Under the pieces are notes generated by a model that was not told where the DNA came from, did no database searches, and saw only the letters and a list, made by a program, of their open reading frames with translations. 64,000 nucleotides of DNA from a virus: IMG/VR virus record IMGVR_UViG_3300035670_000091; one strand, written 5' to 3'. Shown piece after piece: positions 63,634 through 64,000 of the stretch. Position 1 is the stretch's first letter, and each line of letters begins with the position of its first letter. The position numbers were made by a program, and so were the translations under genes.

Positions 63634-63660
63634 CCCATCCGACAACACTAAGGAGCACCA

Positions 63661-64000
63661 ATGACCACCACGTTCAAGCCAGCTGGCGCACCAGCCAGCA
63701 ACCAATACGGCCAGTTCACTGTCCGTTACGCATCACCTGCCCAACAGCGATACATCCGTCAGCTGTTGGACGAACGCCAGCACGACTTCGGGGAGGACTT
63801 CGACCCAGCAACCGTCAACGTGCAGAACGCATCGCACGTCATCGACCAATTGCTACGGACACCTGTCAGAGCCGACAAGGTTGTTCCAGCATCCGACAAG
63901 CAGTTGGCATTCATCGAGTCGCTGAAGACCCAGCGTCAAGGTGCGGTCCAGTTCCTGACGGACTACCTTGCCCTACACAAGTCCGACAGCTTGTCAGCCC
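63661..64000 (+). CDS. Hypothetical protein, truncated by window end (not in ORF track)
   Basis: MTTTFKPAGAP...; internal repeat ASPAQQRYIRQL / ASDKQLAFIESL; TAAGGAG RBS. Confidence 0.75.
   Translation, partial: MTTTFKPAGAPASNQYGQFTVRYASPAQQRYIRQLLDERQHDFGEDFDPATVNVQNASHVIDQLLRTPVRADKVVPASDKQLAFIESLKTQRQGAVQFLTDYLALHKSDSLSA

Overview
The whole window is part of a tailed dsDNA bacteriophage genome (Caudoviricetes) with a contractile tail. The host is probably an aquatic actinobacterium; this is inferred from leaderless -10/ATG promoters, PASTA domains, NlpC/P60 and FmdB-type genes. Positions 1-57,325 are almost entirely minus-strand. In transcription order they hold: a small-gene accessory region (DEDDh exonuclease, GNAT, ADP-ribosyltransferase-like and ParB-like domains, tRNA-Asn, Hsp20, HNH); lysis and envelope genes; terminase, portal, scaffold and an N4-gp56-type major capsid; a ~17 kb array of paralogous fibre/Gly-rich genes; and tail sheath, tube, tape measure and baseplate. 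After a ~1.5 kb gene-free, repeat- and hairpin-rich switch region (57.3-58.85 kb), a GC-richer plus-strand operon begins, with two small ORFs, a MoxR-type AAA+ ATPase, a vWA partner and two hypothetical genes. The standout signal is RNA-level. Two complete type II hammerhead ribozymes (59084-59141 and 59308-59363), with covarying stems and invariant cores, flank a 42-codon ORF. A ~600-nt densely paired leader lies upstream, further structured elements occupy later spacers, and an ATCCGAC-N5-TAAGGAG motif precedes four of the genes. No database searches or folding programs were run; all family assignments come from motif recognition by eye.
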